From a bacterium (GTDB lineage Bacteria > SAR324 > XYD2-FULL-50-16): a stretch of 64,000 nucleotides of DNA. The notes beneath the pieces are model-generated. The model searched no databases. It saw nothing but the letters and a program-made list of their open reading frames with translations, and was not told the origin of the DNA. The translations under genes were made by a program, and so were the position numbers. Positions 30,851-40,848 of the stretch are shown piece after piece. Each line of letters starts with the position of its first letter. The first letter of the stretch is position 1. The stretch is taken from contig JAVVEA010000002.1 of assembly GCA_032250835.1 (NCBI GenBank), forward strand, positions 310,596-374,595, read 5' to 3'.

Positions 30851-33800
30851 TCACTCCAACAGGTTGCGGTCTTTTAAAATTTGCACCAAGGGGCGCTGGA
30901 ACAGGGCCTGAACTCCGTAAGCTCCCCCTTTATCGACCAAGATGCCCCGCTCCACCAATTGATCAAAACGGTAGCGGCTCTCCTGCTCGTTGATCCGGAA
31001 TACCTGGGCTTGCTCGCTCACACTCAACCGCTCGTGCAGCAGGACGGCTTGAAGGCAAAAGAGCTCGGCTTTGGATAGCTGGCTTAAGGACTTAAGGTTA
31101 AACCTCACCTCCGAAGACAGGACCAGCGTCTGGTCCTCCACCGACTCCACCGCGCGGACCCAATGGAATAAAGCTTGGCCAATGTTTGCCCCGCTAACCT
31201 GGGCTAGGGTTTCAAAAAACTCGGCCTGAGCCATTCCTTGGCGTTCTTCTTCGGAAGATGCCTCACGGTAACTTTTGGATTTGGCCAGCTCGGCACTGGC
31301 GCTGTATTTTAAATGGAACCCACTCAATTGGTGCCGTCTCAAGACCAATTCTTTTAAATCAGCGGGGCTAGGGGTGGAAAGCGATAAAACCTGCTCAAAC
31401 TGATGGGATATCTGCACCACCCGGTCTAGGTAGTTCCAAGCTAATTCGCCGCAAAAGTTGATCCACAGGATTTTGGCCTGGGTCTGGTGTTGCAGCAAGA
31501 TGAATTGGCGCAGCAGTTCAAAACCTCCAGGAACTCTTAAAAAGAGACGATCCAGGCTTTCCACGCCAACCACTCTGGCAGCGGTCCAGGTCAGGATGTC
31601 CGCTTCGATTTCGCTAAGGCTTGGGCAAGGCCTCATTCCCAATGCATCGCACAAGACCTCGACCAAATCCGCCTCGGCAAGGCAGCGGTGCTCTAGTTTG
31701 ATTCTAGCCGTGGCGTAGTCACCAAAGGCGCGGCTTTGGGCTATCTGCCAGAGCGAACTTTTACCGGCTCCTTTGGCACCGACCACCGCCAGGGAACCAT
31801 GCCCTTGGGCTTGGTGCTTCTCGAATACCTCGGAGACTACCGCCATTTCGGCCTGACGGGCCAAAAAGAAGCGGTCATCGGCCAGCGGCTCGTTGCGGAA
31901 GAGGTGGCGGTAAACATGGGGCAGTGCAAAGATCCGGTCACGAGATTCACTGATCAGGGACTTAAGCCGTAATTCCTGGGCACTGCCCACCGTAAGGCCC
32001 GTATATTGTCGGAATTGTTGGTAAAAATCGCTGAGTTTTTGGTAGTGGCTCTGGGTCCATTCGACCAACTGAGGCCAAGCCGCGCTCAGGCTTTTTTGGA
32101 GGCTGCGCTGGATTTGGTGCAGCCGCTCGCGGCCCTTCACCTTGGCGCTCATCAATTGCAGGCTCAATACCTTTTCATGGTCCACCAGTGCCTGGGCGGT
32201 GGCCCCTAATTTAGAGGTTTCTTCTTGCATTAATTGGCGGGTCTGCTTGCGTAGCTTCTGGTCCAACTCTGCGAGATGGTCAAGGCGGTCCAAGGCCCGA
32301 CCCATGGCATCGGTAAATAGGTGGGGACGATCTACAGGAGCGGTGCCTTCGTCGCGGATGCGCAGCAGTACGGAGCCAAAGTTGACGTCCAAGAGTTGGT
32401 CCAATTCATGGACCGAGACGACTTGGGCGGTATATTCACGGCCGTTTTTTTCCCAAAAGCTATCGAGCCGCTCTTTTAGGGAAGAAAAAATTTCGCTGTC
32501 GATGATCTCATAAAAGGCCACCTGCCGGGTTTTTGTCTTGGGGTTTAACGGGTCTGCCTGTCGTTCTTGCAATAGCGACATCTCGGCGGGGAACTGCGCT
32601 AAAGTTGCCGTTAACGCATCCCTATAGGCTTGGAGGTCCAGTTTGGGGTGGTTGGTTTTTAAACATTCCAACAATTGGGGCTGTAGCTGGTAACGCAGTT
32701 CGTTGGTCAGGGCGCGCAATTGCTCGCCTGCTTGGTCGATTGAAGTTTGCGGGTCCTGCTGGTCCCGCCAAGAGATCAGGTGGTCGTGCAGAGCGTCGAT
32801 CTGCTCATTAACGGCCTTTCCCTGGACTTGTAGCAGCTTAAAAATCAAGTCTTGGGTCACCGCTGCGGCGCGCGCACTTAAGAGATAAAGCTCGCCGTCC
32901 TTTTTTTGGTCTTGGTCCCAGGCGGTCCAATAGGCGGCCCAAGCTTGGGTGAGCCCTTCGGCTCGGGCTTTTTGTTGTTTCTGGGCTTGGGCGGCGCGCC
33001 CCGGACGGTAACGAGAGGCCGGATAACCCCAACCACCAGCGTACAGGAATCCCTGGGCGAAGTCTGCCCATTGGCGCTCGAAGGCGAGTTTCAAGCGTGA
33101 TTGGGAGTTTTCTTGTAGCTGAACCAACTGCCCGCACAGCTCCCTGAGCCGCTCGGCCAGGGACTCTTGATCGGTTTTGGCTTGCAAGATGGCCTCGTCG
33201 CTGCGCTCTTGCAACAGGCCATGCAAAGCCCAACAGGCCCGGTTGTGCCCCTCAAAGGCCTCGCCCAATTGGCCGTAAAGCTCCGCCAAATCCGCCGCCC
33301 AGCGGCCCGATTCTTCTAACCAAAAGGCATAAAGGGGGGTGCCCAGATGGGTAGCCAATAATCCGGCCAAGGAAAAACTGCGGTAAAACTGGGGTTCCGC
33401 AAGGGCCTCGCGGGAGCGCCAGGCGCGCCAACGGTTAGCCAAGGAGCGGGTGAACCGGGCCCAAGCAAAGCGCCTGCGCTGGCTCCACATCCAAAGCCCA
33501 ACCCGAAGCGAAGGGGCCGGGCCGGCTACCAGGGGGTCAGTTAACTCTAAATCCAGTTTGCTGGGCCAAAGGGCCAAGCTTTGCTTAAGTTGCGCTTCCC
33601 AGGAATCGGCCCAAAGCTTCGGAGAAACCTGCCCTAGTTCTTGGATCAAGTCCCCGTTCCATTGCGGCAAGGCCTCAAAAAAGGCCAAGTACCCCAAAAT
33701 AGCCTCGGCTAGGTCGTCGATCAAAAAGGGGGGCTCACGCTTGGTAATCGGTGCCGTCGCCTGCTCCAAAAGCCGCTCAAGCAGACTTAACAGACGCCCA

Positions 33801-33901
33801 AATTCCGGCGCTACTTGCGCGCTCACCTGCCGGTCCAAGGCGGACAGCAGTTCCTTTTGGATCTGATCAAGCCAGCTTTGAATGGACAAGACAGGGGCCA
33901 T
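30851..33901 (-). CDS. Large helical protein with a C-terminal P-loop ATPase and winged helix
   Basis: Walker A GAKGAGKS near the C-terminus; immediately upstream of the MscS gene; start uncertain (33901 or 34039). Confidence 0.75.
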   Translation of the reverse strand: MAPVLSIQSWLDQIQKELLSALDRQVSAQVAPEFGRLLSLLERLLEQATAPITKREPPFLIDDLAEAILGYLAFFEALPQWNGDLIQELGQVSPKLWADSWEAQLKQSLALWPSKLDLELTDPLVAGPAPSLRVGLWMWSQRRRFAWARFTRSLANRWRAWRSREALAEPQFYRSFSLAGLLATHLGTPLYAFWLEESGRWAADLAELYGQLGEAFEGHNRACWALHGLLQERSDEAILQAKTDQESLAERLRELCGQLVQLQENSQSRLKLAFERQWADFAQGFLYAGGWGYPASRYRPGRAAQAQKQQKARAEGLTQAWAAYWTAWDQDQKKDGELYLLSARAAAVTQDLIFKLLQVQGKAVNEQIDALHDHLISWRDQQDPQTSIDQAGEQLRALTNELRYQLQPQLLECLKTNHPKLDLQAYRDALTATLAQFPAEMSLLQERQADPLNPKTKTRQVAFYEIIDSEIFSSLKERLDSFWEKNGREYTAQVVSVHELDQLLDVNFGSVLLRIRDEGTAPVDRPHLFTDAMGRALDRLDHLAELDQKLRKQTRQLMQEETSKLGATAQALVDHEKVLSLQLMSAKVKGRERLHQIQRSLQKSLSAAWPQLVEWTQSHYQKLSDFYQQFRQYTGLTVGSAQELRLKSLISESRDRIFALPHVYRHLFRNEPLADDRFFLARQAEMAVVSEVFEKHQAQGHGSLAVVGAKGAGKSSLWQIAQSRAFGDYATARIKLEHRCLAEADLVEVLCDALGMRPCPSLSEIEADILTWTAARVVGVESLDRLFLRVPGGFELLRQFILLQHQTQAKILWINFCGELAWNYLDRVVQISHQFEQVLSLSTPSPADLKELVLRRHQLSGFHLKYSASAELAKSKSYREASSEEERQGMAQAEFFETLAQVSGANIGQALFHWVRAVESVEDQTLVLSSEVRFNLKSLSQLSKAELFCLQAVLLHERLSVSEQAQVFRINEQESRYRFDQLVERGILVDKGGAYGVQALFQRPLVQILKDRNLLE

Positions 33902-34265
33902 AACTCTGAGGGTATAAGGGGACGTTCCTCTATAGAGTAAAGGCCCGCCACCTAAAAGACTAGAAAATTCGTGGGTTGTGTGGCTGGCTCCGGGTTGGGG
34001 TAGTGGGCACTGAAAAAGCGGTCTAGACTCCGGTTGCATTTGAGTCGGGCTTTGGGTTAGCAGCTGATTTTAAATCTTAAATTTCCTTGACCGAGCGGTT
34101 GCTTAGGCCCGAATAATGGACCTAACAGAGCCTAAACCCAGACGGCCTAAGCTTAAGTTGAGTGAATTTGGTGCGAAGCTAACCTCACTTTTTAGCCGGA
34201 CACCGCCCTACTTGGGTCGCTACATACGTTTTTTTGCTCATTAAATCCCACTACCGGAGATCCCT

Positions 34266-34907
34266 GTGATCAACCTGCTCAAAACGATTCTGCGGGCCTC
34301 CCCGCTCTTCCCTGTCATCAAGGGTTATAAGTTACAACAAGAAGTGAAAGCCTGGGAAGCTCAGGGAAAAACCGGCCCCAGCCCGGCGTTGGTCAAGCGC
34401 CAAAACCTAAAGGAGGTGGCCCAGGCCCAGGGGACTAAGATTTTTGTGGAAACCGGAACCTTTATGGGCGATACCCTGGCGGCTTTGGCAGAGGATTTTG
34501 ACCAGCTTTATTCGGTGGAGCTTGCCCCTGCCTTGTATGAGCGGGCTTGTAAGCGTTTTGCTGGCGTCGACAAGATAACCCTGTTTTTTGGCGACAGCGG
34601 CCAAGTTTTGGGGGAACTCTTACCGAAGCTGAAGGAACCGGCCCTCTTTTGGCTGGACGGGCACTACTCCGCCGGGGAGACGGCCAAGGGGGACAAAGAA
34701 ACCCCGATTTTAGAAGAGCTAGGCCATATTTTCGCCACCGAGCCGAAACATGTGATCGTCATCGACGATGCCCGCTGCTTTGCCGACGAAGCCCCCGAAC
34801 CGGACTACCCCACCTTAAGCCGACTCCGGGCCTTCGTCGCCCAGCGGGCCCCGCACCTAGAAATGGAAGTCCGCGACGACGCGATCTTTCTTTCGCCGAA
34901 GGGGTGA
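34266..34907 (+). CDS. Class I SAM-methyltransferase-like protein
   Basis: FVETGTFMGDT, SVEL, GDSG, FWLDGHYS and VIDDAR motifs. Confidence 0.7.
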   Translation: MINLLKTILRASPLFPVIKGYKLQQEVKAWEAQGKTGPSPALVKRQNLKEVAQAQGTKIFVETGTFMGDTLAALAEDFDQLYSVELAPALYERACKRFAGVDKITLFFGDSGQVLGELLPKLKEPALFWLDGHYSAGETAKGDKETPILEELGHIFATEPKHVIVIDDARCFADEAPEPDYPTLSRLRAFVAQRAPHLEMEVRDDAIFLSPKG

Positions 34908-35017
34908 GAGGTTGGGCGGAGGGTTGTCGGTTCGGGCCAGCGGGCTGAATTTGGGGCTGCTTAAAATACAGTAGGTTGTCTATATCCCTGGCTTATAAGG
35001 GGCCGAGGGTACTTCTC

Positions 35018-35054
35018 TTGACGATAGTTCCTAATATGCGTACAATATACGCAT
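35018..35054 (+). promoter_or_regulatory. Sigma70 promoter with overlapping operator for the TA operon
   Basis: TTGACG-N17-TACAAT; the palindrome ATGCGTA-N5-TACGCAT (35036-35054) covers the -10 box. Confidence 0.8.
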
Positions 35055-35069
35055 GACACCGGAGGAAAC

Positions 35070-35330
35070 ATGAGCAAGACCCGCATCAATCTCAGCTTAG
35101 ATGCCGATTTGGCCAGCTTCGCCAAGGACTTCGCCGCTGAGAACCGCACCACCGTATCGGAGGTGTTCACCCAATATCTCTTGGGGCTCAAGCGGCACGC
35201 CATGGGACGCCCCCAGCCAACCTTCCTGGCCGACCCAGCCTTTAACGAGGCCTTGGCGCAAGCCCAGCAACGCCTGCAACAAGGAAAGGCGAGCTGGTCT
35301 AGCTTCGATGAAGTCTTTAAAGAGCCTTGA
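35070..35330 (+). CDS. Ribbon-helix-helix antitoxin (DUF6364-like)
   Basis: KTRINLSLD...AKDFAAENRTTVSEVF; GGAGG RBS; overlaps the toxin start. Confidence 0.8.
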   Translation: MSKTRINLSLDADLASFAKDFAAENRTTVSEVFTQYLLGLKRHAMGRPQPTFLADPAFNEALAQAQQRLQQGKASWSSFDEVFKEP

Positions 35331-35641
35331 TGGAGGCGCTCTTTGAACGGGATTTCGTCAAAGCACTGAAAAAACATGCCTCGATCAAAAAAGCCGTGGA
35401 GCGCAAGGTGTTGCCGATCATCGAGCACCCCTTGGTGTTCGGCGAGCCCCTTCAGGGAAACTGGCGGGGTTATTATTCCTGCCCGGTGCAACGAAATTTC
35501 ATCATCATCTATCTGTACTGCGCCGCCTGTCGCTCCAAACAAGACGATCTAGCGGTGCAATGTAGCGACTGCAGCGAGCGAGCGGATCAGACGTTAAAGT
35601 TTCTTGTGCTGGGGCCCCATGATCAAGCCTATGGTTTGTAA
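35327..35641 (+). CDS. RelE/YafQ-superfamily toxin with an inserted CxxC..CxxC motif
   Basis: FERDFVKALKK, EPLQGNWRGYYS, FIIIY and LGPHDQAY motifs. Confidence 0.8.
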   Translation: MMEALFERDFVKALKKHASIKKAVERKVLPIIEHPLVFGEPLQGNWRGYYSCPVQRNFIIIYLYCAACRSKQDDLAVQCSDCSERADQTLKFLVLGPHDQAYGL

Positions 35642-35814
35642 GCACAATATCTTGGGTTTGATTCGTAGCGAAACCTTGTGAGTGTGCTGTCGCCGGATTA
35701 CCAGGGGGCTGAATTGGGGGCTGGCCAAAATACAGTAGGTTGCCTAGTTTAAAGGAGCGGTGCCGGTAAACTACCAATCCATTGGGGGCCAGTGCTCGAA
35801 CCGGATAAAAAAAG

Positions 35815-36219
35815 ATGGGAACGGAAATGGATGCGAATGAACGGCCCGATAAGGGCGAAGACGAAAAGTTTTGTGCCGATTGCGGCCAATTGATCCACAA
35901 GAAGGCCGAAATCTGCCCCAAATGCGGGGTGCGGCAAATGGCCCCGCCAACAAATCTGGTCCAAACTCGGGGGCGTCAACGGATAGTAGCCGCGCTGTTC
36001 GCCTTTTTCCTCGGCGCGATAGGCATCCACCAATTCTACCTGGGGAGGGTCTTACTGGGTGTTGTCTACTTGCTCCTCTGCTGGACTTTCATCCCCGCCA
36101 TCATCGCCTTCATTGAAGCAATCCTGCTGTTAATTATGAGCGACGAAACCTTCGACTATAAATTCAACCCCCAACTGGTGGCTTTATCTAAGCGGCAACA
36201 GGGCGAGACAGCCACCTGA
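35815..36219 (+). CDS. Zinc-ribbon plus TM2-domain membrane protein
   Basis: FCADCG...ICPKCG, AALFAFFLGAIGIHQFYLG and CWTFIPAIIAFIE motifs. Confidence 0.88.
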   Translation: MGTEMDANERPDKGEDEKFCADCGQLIHKKAEICPKCGVRQMAPPTNLVQTRGRQRIVAALFAFFLGAIGIHQFYLGRVLLGVVYLLLCWTFIPAIIAFIEAILLLIMSDETFDYKFNPQLVALSKRQQGETAT

Positions 36220-36272
36220 CTTAGGGTGGAATGGGTGTTTACCTTCTGATTTCAACACAACCTATGTTTTAC

Positions 36273-36457
36273 AAAATCAGAGGACAGCATACCTATTTTT
36301 TCGCAGCGGGGCGCACGGAGTTTGCAAGTACGTGATTCCTTGCCCAGATGGTAGCAAGTAGCGAATACAGAAGCTTGATTGGTGGAAAATCAGGGGACAG
36401 ATACCTATTTTTCGCAGCGGGGTGCAAGGAGTCTGCAAGTAGGCGATTCCTTCCCAG
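36273..36457 (-). repeat. Tandem ~73-bp imperfect repeat (36273-36347, 36386-36457) carrying the cassette-end motif
   Basis: Both copies read AAAATCAGRGGACAG..ATACCTATTTTT.CGCAGCGGGGyGCA.GGAGTyTGCAAGTA...GATTCCTT.CCCAG. Confidence 0.85.
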
Positions 36458-36701
36458 TATAGAAATGGGCGAAACAAAATATGAGCAATATATTTTGGCA
36501 CGATCAAGTGTTTTCGCTAAAGCCGCTAATCTCACGAAGGAAAGAATTTATTTCGTGTCTGAAAGTCGAAAGGACAAGGACTAAGAGTAGTCGTCCTATC
36601 TCCTGATTTCCCCCCTGCTTTTTTATGTAGGGACATGTCATGACATAAAGACAGGACAGAAGTTACGCCCATGTCGTGGAAATAGATATACTGTCACCTG
36701 A

Positions 36702-37050
36702 TTAACGAAACAGGCCGCTGATCAAGGTCTGATAATTCACCCTCTCGTTGGCGGCCATGATCTTGATTCCGCCCCGGTCCGCTTTGGGGCGGATGATGGC
36801 GCGTTTCGATTTTTCAAGCTGTTGCGGGCCAGTCCTGAGCCTCTTTTTCGACCCCCTCAGGGCCCCTTCGCCGCCCCCAACCCGCTCACCACGCCCCAAC
36901 TCGCCCAACAACTCCGCTTCTTCCGCGCCCAAGCGCTTGTGAGCTTGGGGGACGGTAAGGCTTTGTTTCTGGGGCTTGTGGAGAAATTTGCGGTCGGATT
37001 CTTCAAGTAGCAATCAATGGTTTGGGCGGTTTCTACAAGAGGCAATCAAA
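36702..37050 (-). pseudogene. Degenerate toxin-antitoxin remnant (CopG-like antitoxin plus toxin C-terminus)
   Basis: LGAEEAELLGELGRGE...KSKRAIIR...AANERVNYQTLISG resembles CopG-type antitoxins; the upstream LPLVETAQTI resembles a toxin C-terminus; no clean starts. Confidence 0.55.
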
Positions 37051-37123
37051 AGCTGAGGTGGCCGTACCTGAAAATCCGAGGCAATAGGGCGTTCTAGGCC
37101 GCAGCCCTTAATCTCCTGAACGC

Positions 37124-37320
37124 AACCAGCAAGCGAAGGCATTTCATCCCATTTAATTCTATGTGTTAGGCTGTATAAATTGGTATTCTGTCACCTGAGT
37201 TTATAGGGCGCTTTAGAGCACAGCAGCAAATGACTCGCGCATAACCGGCAAGTGAAGGAATTTCATTCCATTAAATTCTGTGGATTAGGTTGTATAAATT
37301 GGTGTTCTGTCGCCAGATTT
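37124..37320 (+). repeat. Tandem ~78-bp imperfect repeat (37124-37202, 37243-37320) ending in the cassette-end motif
   Basis: Both copies read AACCRGCAAGyGAAGG.ATTTCAT.CCATT.AATTCT.TG...TTAGGyTGTATAAATTGGTRTTCTGTCRCC.GA.TTT. Confidence 0.85.
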
Positions 37321-37524
37321 AGAATCTCATTTCCAGCTACAAAAAATTACAAGCAGTTAGCTAAAAAATGATCGCGGACCTCAGGCAAAGAAACTGAAGC
37401 CCAGGGCCGGATTCCGACTTTTTTACAGGTGGGTTTGGCAAGACCCCAATCTTTAGTCCAATTCTTAAGTAAGACTTAGCATGGGATGACGTACCCGCCT
37501 TGGACGTTGCCCTAAAAGGAAAGA

Positions 37525-40254
37525 TCAGACCCCGCCAATCCGTTGATCAATGGCTTCCAAAAAAAACTTTTGTTCGCGTTGGGCCCGAGCCAGCAGGTCG
37601 GCATCGAGCTGAACTCCCTTGCTAGCCAGCAACTCGCAGACTTCCATCACCTCCGAAAGTGCTAGCCCACCAACTTGGGCGGCAGTTCCCTTAAGCTCGT
37701 GCGCCATCTCAAAGGCCTCGTCGAAGCGCTGCTCGGACCAGTGCTCAAATAGCTGCTCAACTCCGTGGGCATGTAACTCGCGGTAAAGCTCAAGCAGCCG
37801 ATCGAGTCTTTCGGCCTTGCCACTGAAGTATTCCAAGGCCACAGAGAAATCGACTGCCCGGGTACTCTCAGGTTTACTCATTCGTTCACCGACCAGCGGT
37901 TGCTCCTCATTTTTCCGAGAAAGCCAGCGGATCAGACAGGCTTCCAGTAGAGCGACTTCAATCGGCTTGGTAATGATGTCGTCCATCCCCACCGAACGGC
38001 ATTTTTCCTGCTCCTCCAAAAAGGCATGGGCAGTCATCGCCACGATGGGGATACGCCGCGCCGCTTGCGTATCGGCTTCGTATTTTCTGATTGCTTGGGC
38101 CGCCGCGCGTCCGTCCATCTGAGGCATCTGGATATCCATCAACACCAAATCGTAGGCTTTAGACTGAAACTGCTCGGTTGCTGCGACTCCGTTATCGACG
38201 ACATCGACCTTCAAGCCGTAGGATTCTAACAGGTCGACGGCCAACTCCTGATTGATTTTATTGTCCTCGGCCAGCAGTAGACTGGCTCCGACGATGGCCT
38301 GCAATGCCACCGGTTTTCTTTGGGGCGAATCTGGATACAGGCTGGATTTAGAGTCTGTGAAGAGATCAATGATCATTTGGCGTAGGTGGCTGGGACCGAC
38401 CGGTTTGAACAGTTGGGCATCGAAGGAGCCTTTTTCGTAGATTTCGTCGATGCTGGTCGGGTCGGAACCGGAGACCAAAACAATTTTTGGCGTTGGTTGC
38501 AGTTTTGGATCTTGGCGAAGGATCTGGCACAATTGTGAGCCATCTATCCCAGGCATCCTCAGATCCAGCAGCACCAGATCGACCGGACCGCTTTGTTCGT
38601 AATGGTTGTAGATACTCTCCAACGCTTCCTCACCGGACTCAAAGAACTCCGTTGGCCGTTCGAATGGGGGCATGATCTCTTTCAGGTGCTCCAGCATCAT
38701 CGGGTTGTCCTCGACCACGTATACTTTGAGAGCAAGCAGTTCAGGGGGATATTCGACAGGGTAATCGGCTCCAGGAGACTGCCGGCCAAAGGGCATCGAA
38801 ACCGTGAATTTCGTCCCCTGGTCCGGCTGGCTGGAAACACCCATTTTACCACCCATGGCTTCGACCAACCGTTTGGCGATTGACAAACCCAGTCCTGTGC
38901 CACCGTATTTTCGGCTGGTCGAGCTGTCGGCTTGGCTAAAGGGTTGGTACAATTTTTCTATAGTCTGGACTTCCATGCCGACGCCAGTATCGGTCACCTC
39001 AAAGACTAATTCGACCCAATCCCTTTGCGCCTGTATTTGGCTGATCGACAGCGTTACAGATCCCGCTTTGGTATATTTAATTCCGTTCGAAAGCAGGTTG
39101 ATCAAGACCTGTTCGACCCGCAGGATATCCCCCTTCAACTCTACCGATATATCCGGTTCTACGTCGAAGCGAAGTTCGATTTTCTTGCGGCGTGCTAACA
39201 CCCCCACCGCCGAAGCTACGTTGCCCAGTAGGACCGATAGGTCAAAGCAACTATTTTCCAACTCTAATTGCTGGGCCTCAATCTTTGAAAAATCCAAGAC
39301 GTCGTTGACTACCCGCAACAGCAACTGAGCCGATAGGTCGACTTTTTTAAGATAGTTGGCCTGTTTGACGTCTAAGTCAGTTTTAAGGCAAAGCTGATTC
39401 ATCCCGATGATCGCGTTGAGCGGTGTGCGGATTTCATGACTCATATTGGCCAGGAATTCTGATTTGGCTTGAGTTGCCGCTTGGGCCTCCTTTTGAGCCA
39501 GGAACAAGACGCCGATTTTTTGAGAAAAGAGCCTGAAGAAGTAAAATAACAAAACGAAGTAAGCCAAGGCGCGTAGAAAATGCCAAAGCCACCAAAGCGG
39601 GTCCCAAAGGGTTGAGCTTTCAAAGAGGATCCCCGCCATGCCAAAGAGAAGACAGTGATTGGCAAGAATGATCTGATCTTCACGGTGGGTTTGTGCATTC
39701 CGCTTGGTGAAGGTCCACCAGGCGAAGATAAAGCCGACGCCTCCGGTAACGTTGAGCACAATTGCCGCTGGAGTGAATCGTCCCATCTCCAACATGGCAG
39801 GCAGTAAGCTCTCATTGGCCATCGAAAAAATGCCCAGTACTATGGCGATGGCCGAGGCCGCAAAGGCGATCTGGTTGGCTGCCCGGTTGAGGTGGTCACG
39901 ATGGACGGCTACCAAAGCGATCATCATACCGCCAAAAAAGGTTGCTGTACTATGCAGCCAGACGAAGTTGTTTCCAGGGCTGGTGCAGGAATGAAATCCG
40001 TCGAGTAAGCCCATTGATAAGAGCGCAGCTGCCACCCAGAGATAGTAGGTTTCGACTTGGCGGTCGCGCAGTAGCAGCAAAATGAACGTTGAGATGATCA
40101 GTGCCGCCAAACTGCCCACCGACTCGATGAAGCCATGAAAAAGCTCATGATTCCACCTCGAGTCGGGAAAGAAGTGCATCAAACTGAACCCGAGCAGCAG
40201 CGGCAATACCAAAGAGGGCAGCAGCGAGGTGAGCGACGAGATCAGGATTTTCAT
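37525..40254 (-). CDS. Hybrid sensor histidine kinase (multi-TM sensor, HisKA, HATPase, 2 REC, Hpt)
   Basis: [37 protein letters not shown], two receiver domains and AHELKG (Hpt); start taken at ATG 40254. Confidence 0.93.
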   Translation of the reverse strand: MKILISSLTSLLPSLVLPLLLGFSLMHFFPDSRWNHELFHGFIESVGSLAALIISTFILLLLRDRQVETYYLWVAAALLSMGLLDGFHSCTSPGNNFVWLHSTATFFGGMMIALVAVHRDHLNRAANQIAFAASAIAIVLGIFSMANESLLPAMLEMGRFTPAAIVLNVTGGVGFIFAWWTFTKRNAQTHREDQIILANHCLLFGMAGILFESSTLWDPLWWLWHFLRALAYFVLLFYFFRLFSQKIGVLFLAQKEAQAATQAKSEFLANMSHEIRTPLNAIIGMNQLCLKTDLDVKQANYLKKVDLSAQLLLRVVNDVLDFSKIEAQQLELENSCFDLSVLLGNVASAVGVLARRKKIELRFDVEPDISVELKGDILRVEQVLINLLSNGIKYTKAGSVTLSISQIQAQRDWVELVFEVTDTGVGMEVQTIEKLYQPFSQADSSTSRKYGGTGLGLSIAKRLVEAMGGKMGVSSQPDQGTKFTVSMPFGRQSPGADYPVEYPPELLALKVYVVEDNPMMLEHLKEIMPPFERPTEFFESGEEALESIYNHYEQSGPVDLVLLDLRMPGIDGSQLCQILRQDPKLQPTPKIVLVSGSDPTSIDEIYEKGSFDAQLFKPVGPSHLRQMIIDLFTDSKSSLYPDSPQRKPVALQAIVGASLLLAEDNKINQELAVDLLESYGLKVDVVDNGVAATEQFQSKAYDLVLMDIQMPQMDGRAAAQAIRKYEADTQAARRIPIVAMTAHAFLEEQEKCRSVGMDDIITKPIEVALLEACLIRWLSRKNEEQPLVGERMSKPESTRAVDFSVALEYFSGKAERLDRLLELYRELHAHGVEQLFEHWSEQRFDEAFEMAHELKGTAAQVGGLALSEVMEVCELLASKGVQLDADLLARAQREQKFFLEAIDQRIGGV

Positions 40255-40601
40255 TAGAATTGTCCGAGCCGAGTTCAGTGTATAGGGAGGTGATCGAGCG
40301 AATCCATTGTCTTTCCCATTGCGTAAAAGGATAGCATTGCCCTTCCCAAAGGGAAAGATATCAGATGCTAGATCTGACATGGTGCCAATCTCTGGACCCT
40401 TTTCGGGCGCAACGTCAATACCGAAGGGAGATCAAATTTCTGGTGACAGATTAGTAACAACTCAACCGGCTTCAACCGGTTTTCAGTGGACTTGAGTGGA
40501 TTCAGGACAGCTTAGTGAATGGTCTGTCGTTACTGATGGGGACTGAAATTAGCCTGTATATCAGAGCTTCGGGGAGAATCGAGGATTTTTGTGGCTTCCT
40601 T

Positions 40602-40639
40602 TTCCCAAGCTGAGAGTCGCGAGTTCGAATCTCGTTTCC
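40602..40639 (+). mobile_element. 3' half of a tRNA-Gly(CCC), att-site-like scar
   Basis: TTCCCAAGCTGAGAGTCGCGAGTTCGAATCTCGTTTCC covers the anticodon loop, T-arm and part of the acceptor strand; no D-arm, 5' half or CCA. Confidence 0.7.
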
Positions 40640-40848
40640 TAACAAACTTTGTTCGTTTTTCATAAACATCAAAGGCAGCAGTGCGAGTTCCACTCCAGTT
40701 CCAGAAAGTTCCAGCGAAGGGTAAAAATCCGCAAAAAAGAGAAGAAAACGGAAAAGGACGGCTCAAGCAGGCGACCCGGAAGCCCATGGCTAAGGGCTTT
40801 TGGAATCTGGCTTGGAACTCGGCGGCCCACTGAACTGCAATTTGTAGA

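Larger units (their letters stand above)
34937..35746 (+). repeat. 46-bp imperfect direct repeats (34937-34982 and 35701-35746) flanking a TA module
   Basis: ccagcgggctgaatttggggctgcttaaaatacagtaggttgtcta vs ccagggggctgaattgggggctggccaaaatacagtaggttgccta; 40/46 identical. Confidence 0.85.

Noticed and set aside
34120-34240. Possible riboswitch in the leader of the methyltransferase-like gene
   Set aside because: Only weak hairpins and a T-run; no match to any riboswitch consensus I can recognise.
34913-34923. Possible direct repeat of the tRNA-Sec 3' end marking an island boundary
   Set aside because: Only about 8 bp match (GGCGGAGG), which is expected by chance in GC-rich DNA.
36273-37320. 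Possible CRISPR array
   Set aside because: Only two copies per repeat type, units over 70 bp and imperfect, and no cas genes in the window.
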